Shown piece by piece: positions 23,643 to 36,465 of a stretch of 64,000 nt of DNA. How positions within the stretch are numbered: the stretch's first letter is position 1; each line of letters begins with the position of its first letter. Source of the DNA: Lama guanicoe. Taxonomy: Eukaryota. Where the stretch lies: NCBI GenBank assembly GCA_013239625.1, contig MU054001.1, positions 685,884 through 749,883 on the forward strand. Reading direction: 5' to 3'. A model generated the notes under the pieces. The model was not told the DNA's origin and did not search any database. It worked only from the letters and a program-made list of their open reading frames with translations. Position numbers and translations under genes: made by a program.

Positions 23643-25764
23643 CTGTACACCTGCAAAGCTTGACATCTCATCTGGTTTTGCTGCTTGGTGAATAAAGAGG
23701 TTCTGTACGTTATTGTAACTTGCTGCTCTTTTCAGAGGATTCCACTAATGTCAAAATAGTCTGCCCACGATGCTGGCAGGCATCTGGTCAAGCACAGGGA
23801 AGCATCTCCATGATGCTAGAGCTGAGTTCTGAATCACCACCTTTCTGGGGGCTTGTCAAAAAATGGAAACAGACTGTGAAGGCTTGCTCCAAAATCCTGA
23901 AGTTCCCTAGCTTCCAGGGGCAAGTCTAACACACTCTGTTGACTATTTGGCAGAAGATAAATGTACATTCTCAAAACAATTCAGAAGAATTTCTTTAAGT
24001 CTTGGCATTCTTGGCAGGCTAAAAAAATGAATATGATAAATCTCTTAATTCAAAGTCTTGCCTTCCTTGTTATGGAAGCTGTTGCATAAAAGCTTTGAAC
24101 CCTTTAGCCTTCATCCTTCTAGGTAAGGGGGCTGGTGGTGGAGAGTTCACATATTTCTTTGATTTTAAGATGAAATCTACTGTAAAATATCCCATGACTT
24201 TAGCAACAGTTCAATTGGATGAGGGAACATTGCTTACATCAGATGTGCTCATGAGCTCTAAGAGGGCAAATTTTAACTTGTGCATACGGAAATGGAGGAA
24301 TTACTGGGGGACCCTTGGTCAGTGCTGTTGAAATGACCTCACAAGTATACTTGATGGTGGCGAACCGTTGTCAGTGTGGCGGCAGGTGGAAGTTGATGGA
24401 CACCTGGAAAGGCTACAGAGGCTTTTTGAAATTTTCTTAAGCTCAGGGTGCCTTAACATTAAAATACCTAACCCTCTGCTGCTTGTAGACATTGTCAGCT
24501 AGGCAGATCCTGGCACAGGTGACCTCTCTGACTTCACAAAGGGACTGTTGTAAAAAGCATTCCACTTGAAGTTTCGGGGAGTTCTGGCATTTCTCTGACT
24601 AGCCTCACCCTTACCTGGCCACAGGAGCAATGGGAGTTCTGCATTTGTCCCTTGCAGAAATGAAATGGATTAAATGTCAGCGATGGCCATGTCAAAGACC
24701 AATCCACAGGTCTGCCTCCTCAGGCAATCCAAACAAAAGAACTTTCCAGTGGAAGTTTACTTTCAACTAGAATTAAAGTTTACTTTTTGTTTAATTTGTG
24801 TAATCTGTATCTATTTTCTTTTGAAGGATGGGGGAGTAGCCATTCATTTTTGTCTGGAAAAAAAAAGTGAAGGATAAGATTTTGATGAAATTTATCTTGT
24901 TGATTACTATATGAAAGGAATATATTTCTAATGCAAAAGAGTTATGTGCACAGTTCTGCATACGTGTGTATTTTCCTGAGGTTCATGGATTTCTTGAGAC
25001 TTTTCAATGGTTCTGCAACCTCTCCCAATTTTTAAAAATCACTGACTTAGTAAAACTACTTTGGAAACGAGGGTTGAAAGAATTTAAGTGATTTACTCCA
25101 TTATGACTATATAGTAAAGTCTTCTTGAAGTTATTAAAAGAGGTGTATTTTTCTTGAAGATGAGCAAGTTCTTGCAGTGTTGACTTAGCTGTTAATTATC
25201 CTAATAATCCTCACCTCCATTGTGATACAGTGAGAAAAACAAAAGTCCACTGTTTGGTCTAATCACAAATGCTTACTTAGTAAATTAAGCTCAGTACGGT
25301 TTTGCAGTACATGTCTTGTTACTTTTGCATAAATCTCAATTTCAATCTATTTCTTTGTAAACAGTGGATAACCTTGTAGCAGTGCTCCTTCCCGCTTGCT
25401 TAGAGGTGATTTGTCTTTTCTGCCCACGGTGTCTCTCCTCATCTCCACCCCCACTCCAGAAGTCTTAACATATTTCCTCTCCTTTGGAGCCTATATAAAT
25501 ATGTTTCTTTGTGATGCTAAAAACTAATCTTTGTTTTTTCAAGCTTTTAGGAGGGATACTTACCTTAATCCTCTTAGGTCTGTGTGCCTTGAAGTGATAG
25601 CACTTGGCAAGTTTCAAGTTTCAAGGAGCAAGCTCTCCTAGGACCGGGTTGGGCTGACCTTCCCAGAGATTCCTGCCCTGTCACCCTTATGGGGAACGCT
25701 TTAAAAAGATTTGTGGCTCCCATTATTGCTCTGTGCTTGGTTATCTACCAATGGTGCATTTAAC

Positions 25765-25867
25765 AAAGAGGAAAGGAAAAAAAAAAAAAAGGAAAGAGAA
25801 AAGAAAAGAAAGGAGAGGAGGAAAGGGGAGGGGGGAAAGGAGGGGAGGAGAGAGGAGAGGAGAAAGA
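25765..25867 (+). repeat. 103-nt uninterrupted polypurine tract
   Basis: Only A and G from 25765 to 25867. Confidence 0.95.
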
Positions 25868-26384
25868 TTCAAATTACAATACATTGTTTCTACTTTTCTG
25901 CTCTTTAAATGTTTTCCTAGTGGTGGAGGTGTTTTCTCCCCCCCCCCTTTCGTCTTTTAAAAAAGATTTTAGAATCCCACTTACTTAAACTACTTTTCCC
26001 TTTATCAGCCTTATGCATTTGACAATAAGCTGTAGTGTTTCTGATCGGACATGCAAAGCTGTTTGTAAATCCCATACGTCTTTATGTTACTGGTGGACAA
26101 ACCAGCCCTCAGCAAGTTGCCTTGATGAAGAGCCTCATCTCCCAAAGCATTTATTAAGCACCTGGCACTGCCCAAGAGGTAGTGAGCAGTGTGGTTACTG
26201 AGAGAGAAATTCACAGACTGCAGTTGTCAAGATTTGTTTGTTTTGAAGACTCCCTCTGGCTATGATTTTGCATTAGCGAAACACATTTAATACTTTACAA
26301 CTCGTCTACCTTCCGAGGATCTAAACCAATGTCTCTCGAAATACAGTTCACCTACATTACACTGAGGGAAGCAGTAAAAAATGT

Positions 26385-26490
26385 GACTTCTCACTCCCCA
26401 GATCTGCTGAATTTCTGGGAGTGGAGCATAGGAGACTGCCTTTCTAACAAGCTCTGCTGGTTCTGGAGTAACTGAAGTTTGAAACTACAT
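26385..26490. mobile_element. MER5-like hAT fragment
   Basis: 'ccccagatctgctgaatttctggga...tttctaacaagctc...gaagtttgaaa'. Confidence 0.55.
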
Positions 26491-26599
26491 CTTTCAGCTT
26501 CCCACCCCTGATTGCTTCAGCTCCTGTGTACCTACTCTAGATACCCTCTCTAGTACCTGCCTTCTCTCCTGGACGGCAGTGACTGAGAGTTGGGAGGTG

Positions 26600-27170
26600 G
26601 TGGGAGCATTTGTTGATTTTGCCTGTTTGGCACCGATTTCCCCCTACATCAGGTAATAGCTCCCAGGTTTTATTCCAGAGGAACCACCCATCTCCTACTC
26701 TTAATTCATAAGACCAGACAGAGGGCCCACATCTTCACACGGCTAGGGGTGGGCATGTGACCCAGGCCTGGCCAATCAACACATCCCATCCCTCTGGCTT
26801 CTTTGTGATTGGTTCAGTGGTGGACACATGACTAAGCTAGTCTGATTAGCCCCGACTTGGGGCTGTTGTTGGAAAAGCTGAGAAAGACAGACTCTCTTTT
26901 TGCTGGAACTGCGGAGGGTGGGGAGGCAGGGTCCTTTTGCCTCCATGTGGACAGGTTCTGCTTGAGTGTCCCCAGCCGTAGAGACAAAGAGCTGAGAAAT
27001 GAAAAAGGAAGGACTAAAGTCCTGTCGATTCTCTTAGAGTCCCGAGATTCAGACATATCTGCAGACAGAGCTGCCTCAGGGGTTTTCAGGTCACGGAGAC
27101 AGTTTATCCCCTTTCTGTTTCGGCCTGTTTGACTTGGTTTTCGGATGCTTTCCACAGAAAGAGTCCTATT
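26600..27170 (+). mobile_element. MaLR LTR (MLT1K-like)
   Basis: 'ggggtgggcatgtgacccaggcctggccaatca', 'gtgattggttcagtggtggacacatgac'. Confidence 0.8.
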
Positions 27171-27654
27171 ATGGAGAGAAAATGAAAATAACTGATCTCT
27201 TCTAGGTTCAGTGTTGGTTTTGTTTAGACCCAACATGGGGTGTTTGGTGTGGGGCAGGCCTTAGACTAGTGGCATTCAATAAAAATATGTCTGGAAGTCC
27301 AGGAGTATAGGTAATTCTTGGGTTGACTCCAGGAGTGTCAGACTAAGTCAAGGCCCTGGAACATGCTGTAAAATAATTCAGAACACACATATGTCAAAAA
27401 TGAGGGTCCTTATGGGAACAAAGGGACAGAATATTTGAATTAGGGCCTCTTGAGAAATTCCAGACCCTGGTCGTTCTACCTTTAGCCCTGATAACAAACT
27501 CTCATCAGATTCCCTAGCTTAGGTGTGACTTGTAGCTGATTCAGACCCCACTCCCCCAAATCATTGTCATGGTAGATTTCTCAAGTTACAATGGTCCCTG
27601 CTTGAATTCATGGAAAATAAACAAGCTCTGTAGTCATAAACACTGGGAGGAAGT

Positions 27655-27850
27655 TCCACAGATGGTTAAGAAGAAGGATTTTGAGTCAGACAGAGATGAC
27701 TCCAAGTCTTGACTCTGTCAGTTGCTATCTGGCTAGCTTAGAGATTTTGTCTGTAAAAGGGAATAATAATGGCATCCTGGTGCAAGAGTGCAATGAGATG
27801 ATGCACGTAAAGTACAATGCCTGGCCCATAGTAATTACCCAGCTCACCTG
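27655..27850 (+). mobile_element. MIR SINE
   Basis: 'atggttaagaag...gagtcagacaga...tctgtaaaagggaataataatgg...caatgcctggcccatagtaa'. Confidence 0.75.
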
Positions 27851-28249
27851 GGTTCCTCTTTTTATTGACTTCATTATACCTCTTTGACATTTTTCTTCCA
27901 TTTTTTACCATATCTTGAAAAGTTTCATAAATGTCTCCCCAGCTGCCCACTCATCAGCTCTACTTTTAAGCTCTTGCTGAAGGTACTTCTGTTAACCAAG
28001 TATGGTTGGCTGCAGGTCTTTGAGCCTCAATTTACCTACCCCAAAATGGAGGGAGTCAGGGCAGAAAGGGTGCTGTTGGACTAGATGATCACTACGTTTA
28101 ATATTCTGTGATTCCAAGAACTCTAAGCACTTGGCAACCAACTAGCTAAAAGTTCCTGGGAAAACGCCTCAACTTTGTATTGCTCAATCACTGATTTTGA
28201 CAAGGTACTTTAAAACATGCTTTTTATTCTCTGCATGAGGAACTTTAGA

Positions 28250-28960
28250 TGTGACTCTGTATGTATGAATTTGGTCAAGAATCAGAATGATTTCTACTGT
28301 ATACTTGTAGTTCTACTGCAAATGCTATCAATAGGTAAGAGTGTTCTTTTGAAGTTTCCAACCCAGAAGATAAATTGCATTTTTAAAATACCCGAAGATT
28401 CCCCCCATTTTTTTCCATTTCTTTGATGCATGTAATTCTCTTGACTTCAGCCCAGTTCTCATCTTTTGGCAAATGATCAATTCACAGATTCCAAGCAATA
28501 TTCGGAATGTATTCAGCTAAAACAAATCAAGTCGGACAGTTGTCACAGAAGCATTTAAGCAAAATTACTTCAGCATTTTAACAATGCTTGACGTTTTCAG
28601 GGATGTCTTTGAAGTACAGAGCTCCCAAAATATTTAGTGTTAACAGTTTTAGACAGGTGTTTTGCCACAGACATGTAAAGATGTGTTGAGTGAAGATTAT
28701 TATTTTGCAGTGAGCTTAGCCTCTGGAAAAATATTTATGTCTTAATTGGATGGAATTCCACCTGTCATTTTATCAAACACTTTGCTTATGGTCCGTTTTG
28801 CTTAGAGTCCAAGAAAAATGAAAGTATTTTAGTTGTGAGAATTAATGTGACACATGTTTGGGCTTTGTGGAATCACTGCATTTGTTTGGTGATAATTATA
28901 AGAGAGTGTTTTAGGAACTTGAACTGGAGTTTGCAATTAGAATATACAAAATTGGGTTTG
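28250..28960. promoter_or_regulatory. Candidate conserved non-coding enhancer block
   Basis: Repeat-free. TCF-type CTTTGAAG (28607-28614), T-box-like AGGTGTT (28655-28661), E-box/MEIS CACCTGTCA (28759-28767). Confidence 0.45.
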
Positions 28961-30879
28961 AAAAGAAATCTTAAAAAAGACCAGGCGTGACAAACAATGT
29001 ACAAAGGCCCTTTCACAGCAAACCAAAGTTACAGAACTGAAAAATCACTTAATTAAAACTCACATGGAAGAAGGCAATCGACACATTTTCTAGGAGCTTC
29101 TATCTGTTCTCAGGATTAGCTGTCTTAGTACCTGGCACATAGTAGGTCCTCAAAAAGAAGGAGCTTCCTGCCTTTTTCTCTCATACTTCTCTCTTTTGCT
29201 CATCATCCTTCCCTCTACAAGCTTCTTTGTCATTTACAACATGATTTCAATGAGGAGTACTGAAAATAGAAAATAGAACTCAGCTGCTTTTGAACCAACC
29301 TTTAGGTCAGAGCAAAGAAGTGTCCCTCTTTTGCTCAGAGACGTTCTCCATGTGAGCATAGCTGATGAAGTGTCAGGGCGCTAACTCCGTTATTGAGAGG
29401 ACTAAATCTGCTTAACACTTCGGTGGGCCAAGAGGGGCTGTGTAGGTACCTGATATGTTCTGTTTAAGCCCCATCTACATGGGCAGCTTTGAGTGGGTCT
29501 TGGCGAGCCCCGTTGTCACCTTAGAGATGGGATCCTGGAGGGAGAAGTGGGTCATAGGTGAGGTATTTGGAGGTGGGGGACAAGATTGTTAGCGCTTTCT
29601 GAACCTCTCGTTTGGGGTGGTTGTATCCAAAAACCCAAGCAGCAAAAGGTTTGACCCAAATCAAAAAACAAACCATGAGATGGGACCTAAGGAAACAAAA
29701 TGAAGGACAAATCCACCCAGAGGAACTGATTCACAGATTCAGGAAGGCCTACAATGACACACCCATCCCCTCCCCACTTTGTTCTCTGTAGATCAGTCTC
29801 CTCAGATAATCCCCAGACAATGAAATGGAGAAATTGTTCTTCACTGGGTCTCACCTTGGAGTGGGAAGGCTTTCCTTGTAAGGAAAGTACTTGGAGTGCT
29901 GGGGCTAGAAGCTGAGGCTCTGGAGGGCCCTTGGAGGAGGTGGATGCGCTCCAAGTGGGACATGGGGGGGATGTTTAGCACGAGGAGGTGTGAGGGGAAG
30001 TAGAGCAGTGGAGCTGGTGAGAGGCTGTGGGTGATGCTCTAATGGATCCACATATCCCTGGAACTCCTAAACTCCCAAGTGCCTGATGATGGCTCTGACT
30101 AAGCCTCCTGTCCTTGTTGATTTGGGGAAGCAGCACATGCAACCATAGGAACATGGAGAAAGGAAGTGATCCAAAAGAACTCACAGGCTTCGTGATGCAT
30201 TTGCCTCAGGTCCCAATGGACTGTGGCCAACACACAGTTATTGTGATGATTGAGCAAGGACACTACTCCCGCACCCCTTTTTACTGGGGAGTAAGCCTCT
30301 AGCTTCTTCTTGATGAGGGTACCATCCTTCTCAGTGCCCTTTCTTGTTCTCTGGCCTCTCATGCTATAGTTTCCTTTATAGTCCCATTTTAAAATTTTTA
30401 TATCATCCCTGGCACTTGTTTGGTCAAGGTGACAATCTGATACTTGTTTGGTCTGGCACTCCCATCTGGCTTTGGTGCTCACAGCTAGAAGCATTCACAG
30501 TTGCTCCTTTGGATGGGCTACCTTGGGTCTGTAATCAACGACTTTTCATTCCCTCAAATGGAAAATATTTGTTAGGTAAACCAAACTTACAACCTAGGAT
30601 GTTAGTCGAATTTGTAACATACATGCTACACATATATCCTGAAACAAACTTTTTCTCAAAACTTGATTTTAACTTACCAGTCTCTCTTCATCATTGATCT
30701 TACCGTGGAATGAGGGAAGAAATTAAGCATCGGGGGTAGGAAAATGCAGGTGAGGCAGCAGTACTGCAACACACGCTGTCTATGTCTTGCTTTTGTTGAC
30801 TATGACAGGTTGAAGCATGTTTAAGTAGAAGTCCATCTAGCTTAGCCATGCTGCCCTTCACTACATCAGTAGTGTGGGT

Positions 30880-31165
30880 ATGTGTCAGATTATGGTTAAA
30901 AGCATTAGCAGTGGAGGAGATGCCCCAGCTCTGGATCTGAACCCTGCCTGTCTTTCTTCCTAGTTGTGAGACCTGTACCTTAGAGAGACACTTAACTCCC
31001 TCTGTGCTTTCTTGTCTTCATGTGTACAACTGGGGAAATAACAGTACTGAGATCCTAGGATCATTATAGATGAGGCTTAAAAACATAGCATGTATGAAGT
31101 GCTTAGAATATGGTTGGATGCTTAATAAGCACTTAAAATTGGTAGTTATTATTACTATTATTATT
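30880..31165 (+). mobile_element. MIR SINE, near full length
   Basis: 'tatggttaaaagca...cttaactccctctgtgctttc...gtgcttagaata...aataagcacttaaaattggtagttattatta'. Confidence 0.8.
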
Positions 31166-32309
31166 GTCAGTGGGGAACAGTAAAAGGTAGAAGAGCTTAT
31201 TCTTTAATCACACATAAAATATAGATTGTAAGCAATTTGGGGCACAGTGACACTATCAACATTGCACTGAGTGTCTTGCAAATATGCCTTGGATTGCTGT
31301 GGAGTAGAAGGTGAACTTGAAGGATGCCAAAGAACCATGCCAGGGGAAATACTTACAGTCTTGGCCTGTGGTCTCAGCCAGCAGTTGTTAATGTTGGATA
31401 CTGTAATTTGTTCTTGATAGTGTTTAGCAATATTCGGAGGGGGCCATCATTCTCCCTCTTGTCACCAGCTGTTCTAAGGAGCAGACATTTCTGATGGTTG
31501 AGTTTCATGGTAATTGGTAGTGTTTCCTCCTTTTTCTGCAGGCAACCAAGCATCCAGCACTCTTAGGATGCTAAGTAATACGTACGTGGTTAAGATCAAG
31601 CACAGGGATCAAGCCCATCTTGTTGATATTAAGACTTTGGGGCATCATTCAGTGGACAAATCATTTTGCTGGACAAGCCACACAATGCAGTTTTATTTAT
31701 CTAGAGAGCATATTTGTTGGGGGGAGCAGTGCACAAAGAGGCTCAGTTTTCTTAAAATGGTGGTCTCAAAACGGAAAGTCTTAGCCAATTATTGTTTAAA
31801 TGTTTGTGAAAAAGCTGGATTGCAATGTTAACATTGGAGAGGCCATAAGGACTGAGTCTTCCAACTGTGGCATTTTACCCCAATCCAGATGTAGGCCAAA
31901 GTAGTCTCTTGAGAACCCAAAGAAATTGGCATGATCCCATTCCAGGTATGGAGACAGCCCCATGACTTTCCTAATCTTCCAGGGGATTCTAGAGGGTAGA
32001 GACTGCTGATGGGTTGTTTTGGATTTGGGGTTCTTCTCCCCCACCCCATATGACTCTGGATTCTGCTTCTTAAGTTCCATTCTGTGGATTCCCTCACCAT
32101 ACTTGTGTTGCCTGTATCCCAAAATGCTTCAGCTCAGCTATGAAACTTGGATTTCTTGATTTGGGCATTTAAAACCCACTCTCAGAAACCCTTAATGTGC
32201 CCAGCAGATTTTGCTAAGGTTTGAGAAAAGAGATGGAGGGGGTTTACCTCACAGAAGAGATGTCACCTTAAAATGGAACATTGGCTCCTCCCGTGCTCAC
32301 CAGTATTTG

Positions 32310-32640
32310 CCACGGGACTTGGGGTACTTTGTTCTGGCAGGCTTAGCAAACTGACCCACTCCCCAGACAGGCAGACAGTCTGCAAATGAAGACACATGAA
32401 CACGCAGATAGCTGGCACTGGGGAAAGAGAGAAAGTAGGAAAGGAATTCCAGCCGCATCAACAGCTCAAGCAAAGACATGGAGGTTGGAAAGAGGAAAAT
32501 ATATTTGAGACTGGAATGTGGAAGGGAATAAAGAGCGATAAAGTGGGAAAGATGAGTTGGTCTCATACGATCAAGGACCTTGAATTCTCGGTTGAGAAGT
32601 CTGGCCTCTCCAGCTATTCTCTGGACCCTCAATAAAGCAA
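32310..32640 (-). mobile_element. L2 fragment
   Basis: 'cagctcaagcaaagacatggaggttggaaagag', 'aaggaccttgaattctcggttgagaagtctgg'. Confidence 0.6.
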
Positions 32641-32859
32641 GAGAACCAAGGAATAGAGGTTGGGTACAAATTTAGAGCATGTGGAAAATCCCAGTATTTT
32701 TTTCTTGCCTCCTCTTTTCCCGTTCGAGCTTTTACTTTTAAAGTTGAAAGACATTCTGGAGCATGAAAAAAATGTCTATAAAATGAAGAGAGAGGTTGAA
32801 AGAAGGTTTCTTTGCTTCAGGGGCTTTGGGTGGAAATTTTTGTTGGCTCGAAACTCTGA

Positions 32860-33650
32860 TGGACACAGAGACATTGCAATGCCCATTTCTGTGAGTGAAT
32901 TTTGGGGCATTCTCCAAGATGTGATACATTTATTGGCCAGGAAGGAATAAAGCTTCCCCACTGGGTCCCTTCAGTGTAAGCGATGAAATGACTTTGAGTC
33001 CTTTTGCACAGTGAATAAAATTTGGGTGGGTCACTTTCTGCTGCCGTGACCTGCGGTGGAGGGACGTGGGGCTGCCCGGGGCTCCCGGGGACGGGGCTTC
33101 TCCCCCTCTCCCGCCGTGGCAGGCTTTTGTGTGCTCGGAGCAGAGGGAGCTGGGAGCACGGAGACGAGGTGTGGCTGATGGGACCTGATAAACCCCACAC
33201 AAAAAGCCAACTGTAGGGCTGAAAGGGTCTCCAATGTAGCTCTTTAATTTCCTCGCTTAGAAATGTTTCTCCTCTTTTCAACCCCAGCTTTTATCTTAAC
33301 TTCTAATCGGAGCAAAGCGGCAGCCTTTCAAACTGAACAAATAGGTTCCTCTGGCCGTGACAAGATGTACCTCATTTTCTCGGCCAGCCTTCAGCAAGGT
33401 CACACCTTTTTAATTTATTTTCTGTAAGAAAAATCTACTTGCTGGATAGAACAAGGGCCAGATCTCGCTAGAGGTCATTTCTCGAGCTAGTCATAAAGTA
33501 GAATAGGATTAGAACCGTTTAATATCCTCACCCTCCCCTGGCTGCCCACCGCCAGCTCGGAGGGTGCAGACGGGAGCTGGCCGGGCGACAGGGACACGCC
33601 GCGTGGATTGTTCTGCCCTCGAGTCGTGCCGGGGGCTTTCCTCTTGCGTT
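32860..33650. promoter_or_regulatory. CpG-rich repeat-free regulatory candidate with G4 motif
   Basis: 11 CpG in 33041-33170; second CpG patch at 33545-33635; five G-runs at 33061-33096. Confidence 0.5.
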
Positions 33651-34019
33651 TATTTATATTTATTTGTATTTATTTCACACATGACCTTTACTCTTCAAAA
33701 TGTACTTATTTAAAAATGTTAATGAGAGGTCACGAATTGGTTTCACATTTTCTAATCAGAAAAGAAGGGACAGAAGATAGTTTGCTTCTAACTAAATTTT
33801 AAGCTAATTTCTTCCTTAATATACCTTGTCCACCACCCCAACTTTAAAAATTGTTCCTGGGCAATTTTTTTTTTCCGGTCATTTAAAATCGAGGTGAATG
33901 ATTTTACCCTGAAATCAAAGCTGTCTTCATTCCTTAAGTTTTAGATATTGGGTAATTTGCAAAAATATCCAGCCAGTTCTTTTCTGTTTTGTTTTGTTTT
34001 GTTGTATTAAAGAACTGTA

Positions 34020-35480
34020 TTTTTCTGATTATAAAATTAGTTTCCATTCATATTTGTAAATATACAGAAAAATGTCTGGAAGGATATATACCTACCTTTA
34101 ATAGTAATTACTTCTGGAGAGGCACATAGGATGGTAGGCAGAGGGGGACTCCCCATGTGAACCCATCACTTGCGTATTTAACGATGATGATGCATTTATG
34201 TTGAAAAAAATGTTAAGTAAACAAAAATAGATTTTTAGAGAACGAAGACCATGCTAAAATGGATAGCAAATAAATAAAAGTCACCTATAATCTTACCTTC
34301 TAGAAAAAATTATTGATGATGCTTTGTGGTGTTCCTTCCCACACTCTAATCCTGTCTATTTTTGTAACTCTATTTCTCTATTTCATTAAATATTCTTTTA
34401 AAATAGTGTATTCAATGCCTGCACAGCATTCCATCAAATATGCCTACCTAATGCATTGAGACATTTTAAAACCTACTTGCTGCTTTTGATTTCTGGCTGC
34501 TGTTAAAGGAACCACTGTAATAAACATCCTTATCTAGACACATTTGGGTACATCTCAGATCATTTTTTTTTTTAGGCTGGAGAAAATTCCTAGAAGTGGA
34601 ATTACTAGTTCAAAGCAGAGAACATTTTCAAGACTGTTGATACATTTTGCCAAATTAAACCTCAAGAACTGTATATCCATTTAAATTACTACCAGCAGTA
34701 TTTCAAAGTGTCTATTGCAGTTTTTGCTTTTTGCTGATTCTTTGAACTTGCTGAGGGAAGTAGTTATTTTAATTTGTATTTTTAAATTATTAGTGATGTT
34801 AAACCCTTATCATTAGTTTATTGGTTATTGGGATTTCTTCTCTTGTGACTCAGCTGTTTGAATTCTTTAACCATTTGCTTACTAGGGTTTTCATTTTTGC
34901 TTATGGGTTTGTAAACCCTTTAGAATTTAAAAATATTAACCTTTGTATATATTTTGTATTTTAACCTAATTTGATATCAACCTTTGATACTGTTTTTAAA
35001 ATATTATTTTTTTCCATTTTTATGCATTCAGGCACACAACTCATGTCCTTCATGGTGTTTTCATTTGTGTATCTACTTAGAAATGTCTTTTCTACCCTAA
35101 AAACATGTAGCTATTTAGTATCTCCCTAAGATACTTATCCTTCCAATTTTGTACATAACTCTGTATTGATTCAGAATTTTTTATTATAGTAGATGACAGG
35201 AAATAAATTTCATTTTTCTAAATAGATAACATATTTCTAAAACTACTGATTGCATTCATTTTTCTCAAGAATTTGAAATGATAAAAATATGTGTCCTGTT
35301 CCATTGGTTTACTTGGCTATTCTTGTGTCAGTAACATACTGGTTTAATAACTGTAGTTTGATAATATGTTTTTATATTTGTCAGTTTATTATTCATTATT
35401 CTTCCTTTTCACATATCTTCAATAATCTTGCCCATTTAATTTGCAGAAGAATTTTAAAATTTCCCTGTCACTTGGCACTC
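34020..35480 (-). mobile_element. Decayed L1ME-like fragments (mostly minus; short plus-strand 3' end near 34040-34210)
   Basis: 'aaattcctagaagtggaattactagttcaaag', 'gttgatacattttgccaaatt', 'ttattagtgatgttaaacc'. Confidence 0.65.
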
Positions 35481-35689
35481 ACCAATAAACATTTAGTACT
35501 TAACCAATAAACATTTTTGATTGTACAAATGAATAATTAATTTGATTGGAACCAAATTAAGCCTGTATTTGGGAAGTACTGACTTCCATGAAATTCAAGG
35601 ACTTGAGTTGTCACTTTATGTGTTAAAAAAGATTGTGTTCCTCAGTAGTGTTTATTATTATTTTTTCCAACATAGGCCTCAAAAACTGT

Positions 35690-36190
35690 GGTGCTGGTGC
35701 AGGGGAGAGAAGTGGATGGATTTGAGAGGTAGGTAAGATTTATGATTTACAGGTTTTGCTGGGAGGTTAGGGAGCCATGAGAGGTTAGGGAGAAGGTTCT
35801 TTGCTTGGATAACAGGAGAACTGTTGGTGCTATTCACTAAGATAGGGAACATCAGAAGAGAACTAGGTTTCAGGGGGAATGAGCCATAGTTTGGTTTTGG
35901 GCATGTGAATTTTATAATGGCTTTGTGATATCCAAGAAGATACATGCAAGTTAGTTGTTGGATGTGCAGATTTGAAGCTCTGCAGAAAGGGCTGAGCAGA
36001 AAATCCACATATATGAGTCATCTGCAAATGGGTGGTAATTAAAGCTAGACATTACCCAGAGAGCAAGCATGGAGTGATAAGAAAAATATGCACAGGGCTG
36101 AGCCTTAATGGCTAGGAAGATGTTGAGCCCGTAAAGGAGACGAGGCCAGAGTGAGTGTTAAGTCACCAAAGCCAAGGCAAGAAAGTGTCT
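35690..36190 (-). mobile_element. L2 fragment
   Basis: 'ggagagaagtggatggatttgagag', 'gtttggttttgggcatgtgaatttt', 'gtcaccaaagccaaggcaagaaagtgt'. Confidence 0.8.
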
Positions 36191-36394
36191 CATTTATAGC
36201 TAACTGATTTTCAACAAGGGGGCCAAGACCATTCAATGGGGAAAGAGTAGACTCTTCAACAAATGCTGCTGGGACAACTGGGTATTTACCTATGAAAGAA
36301 TAAAGCTGAACTCTTACTTCATTCCATATAAGAAAATTAACTCAAAATGGATCAACAACCTAAATATAAGAGCTAAACCATAAAAGTCTTAGAA
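36191..36394 (+). mobile_element. Isolated internal L1 ORF2 fragment
   Basis: Translates LIFNKGAKTIQWGKSRLFNKCCWDNWVFTYERIKLNSYFIPYKKINSKWINNLNIRAK, matching the L1 ORF2 'LFNKWCW...KINSRWIKDLN' region. Confidence 0.9.
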
Positions 36395-36465
36395 GTGTCA
36401 TTTTAAGAAACTACACACGAATCACTGACTGTTCTTCAAATTCTGAAAGAGTATTTGGAAGTTTA

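Noticed and set aside
32817..33281. 154-aa ORF and overlapping ORFs
   Set aside because: Explained by stop-codon depletion in the GC-rich patch; Pro/Arg/Gly-biased with no recognisable domain.
35481..35516. 14-bp direct repeat accaataaacattt with 22-bp period
   Set aside because: Only two copies; an ordinary small duplication at a repeat boundary, not an array.
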